Shown here: positions 9,592 to 15,934 of the stretch, in pieces
Numbering within the stretch: position 1 is the first letter of the stretch
How the letters are laid out: every line of letters starts with the position of its first letter
NCBI GenBank assembly: GCA_021847505.1
Contig: JAJZEO010000016.1
Location: forward strand, 12,177-76,176
DNA length: 64,000 nt
Source of the DNA: a bacterium
Lineage (GTDB): Bacteria > Chlamydiota > Chlamydiia > Chlamydiales > 2-12-FULL-49-11
Direction of reading: 5' to 3'
Translations under genes and position numbers: made by a program
The notes under the pieces: model-generated
Seen by the model: the letters and a program-made list of their open reading frames with translations, nothing else
Database searches by the model: none
What the model was told of the DNA's origin: nothing

Positions 9592-10689
9592 ATGAGATCG
9601 TTTGGCTATATTTGCTTTTTTTTGTCAAATTTAGAGAGTTGTTTCTTATTTTTTTGTCCGTTTTTTTTGTTTCATTTTACTCCCCTCCACAGCAAAACCA
9701 TTTACATATTACCCTTTCCCAGTATAAACTTTGAGACACTTTTTTTTGGGGATTACAAATATAATGACCCGAACAGCCAGGCCAGAGATGAAACTAGCAA
9801 GACTTGGATTTATTTACGAAAGGCCCTCGAAAAAAATAATTTTGCAGTCAAAGCCCCTTGTGAGGAAAGTCCAGGAGATGATGTAACCTATCTGATTTCT
9901 CTTTCAAACATTGATCAGGAAAGCTTAAAGAACTTTTCTCACATTCCAAAAAGTCATCGCTTTCTTTTAGTCTTTGAGCCACCCGTAGTCTCCCTTGAAC
10001 TACATAATCCCTCTCTCGCTGAATATTTCGGGAAAATTTTCACTTTGTTCGACGATGTAATTGATAATGAAACATATTTTAAAATGTTCTTCCCGCAACC
10101 AAGACTAAAGATGATCCAACCAATTGTTGATTGGAGTGAAAAGAAGTTTGCAACACTAATTGCAAATGATAATACCTCGGACCATCCTGATGAACTTTAT
10201 ACAGCTCGAAGAAAGACGATAGATTTTTTTGAACGGGGAAAAATCAAGGGTTTTGATTTATACGGAAATTCACCAAGCTGGGTAAGATATAAAAATTGGA
10301 AGGGCGCAATAAAAAACAAGTGGCCAATTCTTAGAAATTACAAATTTTGCTTTAGCTATGAAAATACCAGGGGCAGGTCAGGTTATATCACAGAAAAAAT
10401 ATTCGATTGTTTTGTCTCTGGGTGTGTCCCTGTATACCTTGGAGCGGATAGTGTAACCCAATACATCCCCAAAAATTGTTTTATTTCCGCAAATGATTTT
10501 TCAAATGAAAAGGAATTACACCGATTTTTAAAAACTATGGATAGAAACACTTATGACAATTATATTCGATCAATCGATGATTTTTTAAAATCAGACCAGG
10601 CCAAACTATTCTCAATTCAACACTTTATAGAAATTATCTTACCCCATGTGGGGGGTGGAGAAGTTGAAAGTGTCCCAATAGATTCCTAA
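9592..10689 (+). CDS. GT10 alpha-1,3/4-fucosyltransferase-like, signal-anchored
   Basis: 365 aa. 'YKFCFSYENTRGRSGYITEKIFDCFVSGCVPVYLG' is the GT10 motif. Paralogue of 7514..8524. Confidence 0.8.
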   Translation: MRSFGYICFFLSNLESCFLFFCPFFLFHFTPLHSKTIYILPFPSINFETLFFGDYKYNDPNSQARDETSKTWIYLRKALEKNNFAVKAPCEESPGDDVTYLISLSNIDQESLKNFSHIPKSHRFLLVFEPPVVSLELHNPSLAEYFGKIFTLFDDVIDNETYFKMFFPQPRLKMIQPIVDWSEKKFATLIANDNTSDHPDELYTARRKTIDFFERGKIKGFDLYGNSPSWVRYKNWKGAIKNKWPILRNYKFCFSYENTRGRSGYITEKIFDCFVSGCVPVYLGADSVTQYIPKNCFISANDFSNEKELHRFLKTMDRNTYDNYIRSIDDFLKSDQAKLFSIQHFIEIILPHVGGGEVESVPIDS

Positions 10690-10696
10690 GAGGAGA

Positions 10697-11692
10697 TTGC
10701 TTTCTTTGAGATTAATTCTAGTTTTTCTTTTTTGTGTGCCTCTTTCAAATCTTCAATGTCTTGAGAAAGCGCCCCACTACATTACTTATTCTTTTAGCGG
10801 TGGACGATTCGGAGATCAATTAGTTTCTTATCTACATGCCAAGTGGATTTCATATAAATTTGGCATTCCATTGTTATTAAAAGAGTTTAGCTATTCTAGT
10901 CAATTATCCTTATCCCAACTAGAGCTTCCATTTTCTTCTGATATAGCAGATCTTGAGGTTATTTACTTACCCCGCCTAGACTCTTTTGCAATCGACACTT
11001 ATATTAACGAATTTTCAAAAAGAGGTCCAGCCATTTTAGAAATTCCTTATTTCCCTCTTTCAGAATTTGAACTCACCAGTCCCCAGAACTACCCTTCATT
11101 CGTTGTTGATTGGAATGACCCAAATTTTAAAAAGGAGCTCCAAAAAAATATTTGTCTGAAAGCTGATCTTGATTTAGTGAAAATTCCTAAACAAAAACTC
11201 TCAGTTGCTATTCACGTCCGGCTTGGAAAAGAATTTGATGGGCCAAATATGGAGAAATATTATCCATTGAAGTTTCCCCCTTTAACTTACTACTTTAAAG
11301 CTTTAAACCACCTTTGTAAATTATTAGATCAAAGGGAACTCTATGTACACCTTTTTTCCGATGACTCTACTACTAACGAACTCATGGCTATTTTCAGAGA
11401 AAAATTCCCCAGAGAAAAATTCCCCATAGAATTTGGGACAAGAGTAGAAAACAATAGCCATTCAAAAAATGTACTCGAAGATTTTTTTTCTCTACAAAAA
11501 TTTGACTGTATAATTCACAGTGAATCAAATTTCTCATTTGTGGCTTCCCTTATTGGGGATTATTGCATAAAAATTCGCCCCAAAGAATTTCACTTTCAAC
11601 AAGGCCAATTAATCATTGATGAAATGCAAATTGATATTGACCACATTTTATTGGAAAAGCGACTTAGTGATCTTTGCAAATCATCGGATTAA
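10697..11692 (+). CDS. Divergent GT11-like / fucosyltransferase-superfamily protein with signal peptide
   Basis: 331 aa. 'SGGRFGDQLVSYLHAKW', 'VAIHVRLGKEFD' and 'HSESNFSFVASLIG' loosely parallel GT11 motifs I-III. The start is a TTG (10697, or in-frame 10706) after an AGGAG. Confidence 0.45.
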   Translation: MLSLRLILVFLFCVPLSNLQCLEKAPHYITYSFSGGRFGDQLVSYLHAKWISYKFGIPLLLKEFSYSSQLSLSQLELPFSSDIADLEVIYLPRLDSFAIDTYINEFSKRGPAILEIPYFPLSEFELTSPQNYPSFVVDWNDPNFKKELQKNICLKADLDLVKIPKQKLSVAIHVRLGKEFDGPNMEKYYPLKFPPLTYYFKALNHLCKLLDQRELYVHLFSDDSTTNELMAIFREKFPREKFPIEFGTRVENNSHSKNVLEDFFSLQKFDCIIHSESNFSFVASLIGDYCIKIRPKEFHFQQGQLIIDEMQIDIDHILLEKRLSDLCKSSD

Positions 11693-11818
11693 AAATGCTA
11701 AAAAGTTTTATTCTTTATTTTTTATTGCCTTATATAGCTGAATTCCCTAAGGAACGATAGTTTGTACCCACGCGAAAATTCCCGCGATTAAAATATTTGA
11801 CCCCAATCTCTTTCCTAA

Positions 11819-12100
11819 ACAAACCCATTAGTTTGGTTTGTCGAAGATGATGTTATCTTCATCTCCTCGGCAGACAAGCTCTATGAATTGGTGGAGAATT
11901 TATCTAAAATCGACCTCGATTGGGATATTCTTTATACAGATCCCAGCACAATTGATTGGGATGGCTTCTCTATAGCAAAGAAAATACTCTTCCCACCCCT
12001 CCATTTGTTGATATTATCGGTAATAACTACTTTCATAGAAGAAAAGTCATTGATGGCACCTTTAAGTCACCCTATCTGGACAAGTGTCGATAATTCACTC
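11819..12100 (+). pseudogene. Truncated and frameshifted GT25 glycosyltransferase remnant
   Basis: The in-frame translation 'VWFVEDDVIFI..LVENLSKIDLDWDILYTDPSTIDWDG' aligns with 'IWIMEDDIEIF..LEKLSKLDPDWDILYTDPDTRNWDG' of ORF 4771..5724. The N-terminal ~170 aa are absent (stop at 11816-11818). Similarity continues in another frame ('NNYFHRRKVIDGTF') after about 12010. Confidence 0.7.
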
Positions 12101-12107
12101 CACTATA

Positions 12108-13208
12108 TTACCACTGTCCTAAATAAATAGGCGAAAGGTGCCCCAAAGTATAAGGCCCTGAAATGCGAGAACTAAATGCTGCTAAATTCTTAGAATGTAC
12201 ATGTAGATTATTAATTCGGTATCCTTTTCCATTATAAATTATGTAAGGAATCCTGCGGTTCTGATCATCTAGGCGCCACTCATATTTAAATTTGCTAGCA
12301 TCAAAGATACAAGCTTCATTGATAAAGCCAGCAGGTGGCCCTCTATGCGTCCCAACTATATATTGACCTAATGCTGCAGCATCAAAGACTGATTGAAAAA
12401 GATCAAAATTACGGCAAAAATCGTATTTATCTGCAGCTTTGTGATGGTGATAACTTTCTAATTCATGCTGATTTTCAACATATTCCGATACAAGTATTGG
12501 CAGATGGTCTATAGCTTTTTGACCTTTAGCCCTCTTGAAAAAAGAGGGGAGCTGCATATCACTTCTATCTAAATGAGCGCAAGCCTCCATAAATTGTGCA
12601 TAGCAAGCCATAGCTTTTAAGTTGTGTATATACAAAAAACCGCATACACAACGTTCATCATTATCAAAAGTAGCTCCAATTCCTTTATATAACGAAGTAA
12701 ATAAGGGGAGGAGTTCTTCCAAATTTACATAAAGCAAATTATCATGTTCCATGTGAAATATGTTCTCTCGCGGCTGCCACTCTAAAAAATCATATAAATA
12801 CAAAAAACGCTCACTATAAACATTCCAATCATGAATATATAGGTGTTCTTTCCAGTTTAGGTGGGTAGGTGTCATAGGGATGTGTTCTAAGGCAACAAGA
12901 TTTACATTAATTGAGGTGTCGATAGGTGAAAATTTTTCGATGAGAGCTTGGTTGGTAAGGAGGATAATTTCACAATTTGGATTAAATAACCTAGCTTGCG
13001 ATAAGGCAATTTCAACATGTGGAGGTAAACTTTCCCCAATATGTACAAAAATAATGGAGTAATTGCTTGAAGCATATAATGTATTGAATAGAAAACATAA
13101 TACCCACCCAAGGCGAAAAGTCTTTGATTGTAAATCTAGAATGATTTTTTTCAAGCTAGTTCTAGCCTCCAATTTGATATGTGAATACAACATAGGATCT
13201 TTGCCCAA
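12108..13208 (-). CDS. Putative GT32-like glycosyltransferase, signal-anchored
   Basis: 366 aa. 'IIFVHIGESLPPHVEIALSQARLFNPNCEIILL' and 'SERFLYLYDFLEW..IFHMEHDNLLY' loosely resemble Gly_transf_sug/GT32 motifs. Hydrophobic segment LGWVLCFLFNTLYA. Weak assignment. Confidence 0.35.
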   Translation of the reverse strand: MGKDPMLYSHIKLEARTSLKKIILDLQSKTFRLGWVLCFLFNTLYASSNYSIIFVHIGESLPPHVEIALSQARLFNPNCEIILLTNQALIEKFSPIDTSINVNLVALEHIPMTPTHLNWKEHLYIHDWNVYSERFLYLYDFLEWQPRENIFHMEHDNLLYVNLEELLPLFTSLYKGIGATFDNDERCVCGFLYIHNLKAMACYAQFMEACAHLDRSDMQLPSFFKRAKGQKAIDHLPILVSEYVENQHELESYHHHKAADKYDFCRNFDLFQSVFDAAALGQYIVGTHRGPPAGFINEACIFDASKFKYEWRLDDQNRRIPYIIYNGKGYRINNLHVHSKNLAAFSSRISGPYTLGHLSPIYLGQW

Positions 13209-13215
13209 TTCATTC

Positions 13216-14007
13216 TTACTGATTTAGCAATTTCCCTGCGCTCGTATAAATTCTATCTTTTGTATCTTTATGATGTCCGCCATTTTTTTCAGCCCCATGC
13301 CCACCATAGCGTGGTTTTTTATACAAAGCGTCAACATTTCCCATGTTCTTGAACTTTAAGCCCAGGCTATCAATTAGGTCATTTCTCAAAAAAAACAAAT
13401 TTACACCATTATTTTCCATATACACTAAGGTATAGCCCTTCATTTTTCCTAGTTTGTAAAGCGCTAATACTGATGCTCCATAATAATTTCCTCCATCCCA
13501 ACGACCATTTGGATCATAGAAAACGACAAGATCCTCTTGAGGATAATGTGTTGCATTACATTCAATACAAACTACTTTTGGACGATATTTTTCAGGAAAC
13601 GCTCGCCAAACATAAAAATCATTGAAATCTATATCTATAGATACAAAATCTATATCTTCTGGAACATTATATTTAGCAAGAAGGTCCCCAATGTTTTCTG
13701 CTGTTATAAATTCTTTATACAAACCAATTCCCACATTTTCATGATCTCCATCCCATTGAACACCAGACCATTTTTTATCTCTTAAATTGGCTACGTTACT
13801 AGTAGTTATTCCATCAAAGCCACCAAATTCTAAGTAAAAATGTGAAGTAGGAGGAATAAGGTTGAATAATTCCTCTATTACCCCATCTTCTCCTTGTTGG
13901 CTATAAATTGACCGTTCATAATTGCCTAAATCAATTTCTTCCGCGGAATACACAGCGATGCTGATAAAATTAAAAATTAAGAGACAATATTTCAGTCCTT
14001 TTTCCAT
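13216..14007 (-). CDS. FkbM-like methyltransferase with signal peptide
   Basis: 263 aa. 'YSQQGEDGVIEELF', 'FYLEFGGFDGITTSNVANL' and 'DFVSIDIDFNDFYV' fit the family. Paralogue of 5742..6620. Overlaps the upstream gene by 16 nt. Confidence 0.6.
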   Translation of the reverse strand: MEKGLKYCLLIFNFISIAVYSAEEIDLGNYERSIYSQQGEDGVIEELFNLIPPTSHFYLEFGGFDGITTSNVANLRDKKWSGVQWDGDHENVGIGLYKEFITAENIGDLLAKYNVPEDIDFVSIDIDFNDFYVWRAFPEKYRPKVVCIECNATHYPQEDLVVFYDPNGRWDGGNYYGASVLALYKLGKMKGYTLVYMENNGVNLFFLRNDLIDSLGLKFKNMGNVDALYKKPRYGGHGAEKNGGHHKDTKDRIYTSAGKLLNQ

Positions 14008-15011
14008 GTAATATCCTCCATATGTAGAGACAATGTATTTTTGTTAACTTTAGCAACCCATACTTCATGATTATCTAATCCATATACAATATAGATATCC
14101 TCTCCTCTCATTAGAAGCCCCCCTGGATAAACAACTCTTGATGGCCCCCATCCCCACTTAGCGACATATATAGGCCATCTATAAAAATTGTCTCCTATAA
14201 GAGGAATTTTACTTATTTTTTTTGGCAAAAATGGGTAATGTGCAGAAAATATGAGTGCCCCCATAAAAAATTGTCGAATCTCTCCAAGCCAGGTGTTAGA
14301 ATGGAAAAAGGTTAGATATTCATCATCATTGATTAGTATAGCAGGAGTCCCTCCGCGCAGACCATTAGAGTCCGCCCATTCCCAATCAATTCTTCGGTGA
14401 TCTGTCGACATTGTTACTGTGCTATTTGTTCCTAAAAGAATTTGTAAAACACGGAAGGGCTCTGTATTATAGATACAGCAAAGTTCCCCTAAATGCTGAA
14501 ATGGAGACCAATTTTTTTCTACACGCCCCTCTCCTCGGACGAAATCATATTTGAAAAAGGGTTCTGGTTTAATGTAAAAATGTTCTCCATCAGAAGTAAT
14601 TTCACCCACATGCATTGTTCGTGGTCCACAACCCGATGGCGTTCTATCGTCATTAAAAAAAGCATACAATTTATCTCCAACAACTATCAATCTTGCATCT
14701 TCTGCTCTAGATGGAACCTGGGGATCATTAAATCTTGTTTCTAATAACTGAGGAGTTCCAATTGGATTAAAATTATCATCCAATTTAACCAGACCAATGT
14801 AACTTTCTTCCCCATTATGCTCTCGAAAACTTAATAGTAAATTTCCACTCCAATAGGCAATTGAAGGGTTAAGCGCATTTCGATAATGCGGGATTTTAAT
14901 TCTCTTTTCTTCTGTTACTAGGCGGGGCAATTCATCAATTGGTGTTGCATAACTAACATTCATCCTCAACAACAGCCCAAACAAAAGAATCTGTTTCACC
15001 TTTAATTTCAT
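13992..15011 (-). CDS. Secreted beta-propeller glycosidase/phosphorylase-like protein (DUF377/GH130-like?), uncertain
   Basis: 339 aa with signal peptide MKLKVKQILLFGLLLRMNVSYA. 'NPSIAYWSGNLLLSFRE', 'AEDARLI' and 'EKNWSPF' recur in the way beta-propeller blade motifs do. The family call is tentative. Confidence 0.3.
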   Translation of the reverse strand: MKLKVKQILLFGLLLRMNVSYATPIDELPRLVTEEKRIKIPHYRNALNPSIAYWSGNLLLSFREHNGEESYIGLVKLDDNFNPIGTPQLLETRFNDPQVPSRAEDARLIVVGDKLYAFFNDDRTPSGCGPRTMHVGEITSDGEHFYIKPEPFFKYDFVRGEGRVEKNWSPFQHLGELCCIYNTEPFRVLQILLGTNSTVTMSTDHRRIDWEWADSNGLRGGTPAILINDDEYLTFFHSNTWLGEIRQFFMGALIFSAHYPFLPKKISKIPLIGDNFYRWPIYVAKWGWGPSRVVYPGGLLMRGEDIYIVYGLDNHEVWVAKVNKNTLSLHMEDITWKKD

Positions 15012-15060
15012 TTTGTCCCACTTTTTTCTTTCTACAATCAGAACGGTTGAATTTTCTAAA

Positions 15061-15879
15061 TTACAGGGCTTTTTCTAAATAAAAGACAGGTTGAATACAA
15101 TAACCAAGAGGTGCATCGAAAAGACTTTCTGAAAAACCATAAGATTTTCCTACCTTCCAACCCTCAAATAACATCGGAAGTCTAATAGGTCCATAAATTC
15201 GATGAGCATTCCAGGCTACCGCATCTTTACCAACTGGAAAAGCAATTAACATAAATCCCTCGTCCTTTAAGAAAGATTTTTTAGCTAACTTCATAAAATC
15301 AAAGTCCCCATTGGGATTTAAGGGGTCACCATATCTGCCCAAACCATCGTGTTCAATACTAGAGATAGATAAAATGACGTCAAATTGTATGGGCTGTTTT
15401 ACATATTCCCCGAAAGTCAAAATCTCTAACCTTGGATCATCGGAGACAATTCTATTGTATTCTATAGTAAAGGGGATACCACCGAATGCAAGCACAATAG
15501 CCTCGTACCAAGGTGTGGTAGAACCTATTATCCCAACAGTTTTACCTTCGATAGAGTGTTCTCTAATTGCCGCATAAAGCCAGCTGTCTGTTTCACCATA
15601 ATAGTTTTGTTGGCCTTGTAAAACCTTGATAATATAACTATCTATAAGTTCCCTAGAGTACATTAAGGGTTCAGTAGACGAATAGGTTCCATCCATGTAA
15701 TAATCAATAACTGGGATTGCACAATTTAAAGTGTATTCATTAAAGAGGTCACTCGGGATCTCCCTTGGGGGGGCAGAATATAAATTACAGAAAAAGCAGC
15801 CTTGAAAAATGAAAAATGAACTAACCAACTTCAAAACTATTTGGGTCATAAAATATTCCTTAATAGAAATGCTTAACAC
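15061..15879 (-). CDS. DUF268-type SAM-dependent methyltransferase-like protein, signal-anchored
   Basis: 272 aa. 'GKTVGIIGSTTPWYEAIVLAFGG', 'TIEYNRI' and 'SSIEHDGLGRYGDPLNPNGDFDFM' match my recollection of the DUF268 family (nematodes plus scattered bacteria). Hydrophobic segment LVSSFFIFQGCFFCNLYSA. Confidence 0.55.
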   Translation of the reverse strand: MLSISIKEYFMTQIVLKLVSSFFIFQGCFFCNLYSAPPREIPSDLFNEYTLNCAIPVIDYYMDGTYSSTEPLMYSRELIDSYIIKVLQGQQNYYGETDSWLYAAIREHSIEGKTVGIIGSTTPWYEAIVLAFGGIPFTIEYNRIVSDDPRLEILTFGEYVKQPIQFDVILSISSIEHDGLGRYGDPLNPNGDFDFMKLAKKSFLKDEGFMLIAFPVGKDAVAWNAHRIYGPIRLPMLFEGWKVGKSYGFSESLFDAPLGYCIQPVFYLEKAL

Positions 15880-15934
15880 TATTGGATCTAGTGTATTTTC
15901 GTCTATAAATTTATTTGTTTTTCAAACCTCAACC

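Noticed and set aside
1-15934. Calling the glycosylation island a mobile element or genomic island with defined ends.
   Set aside because: The visible part has no integrase, transposase, IS element, flanking direct repeats or adjacent tRNA. The left border is outside the window. Only the compositional and functional arguments are retained.
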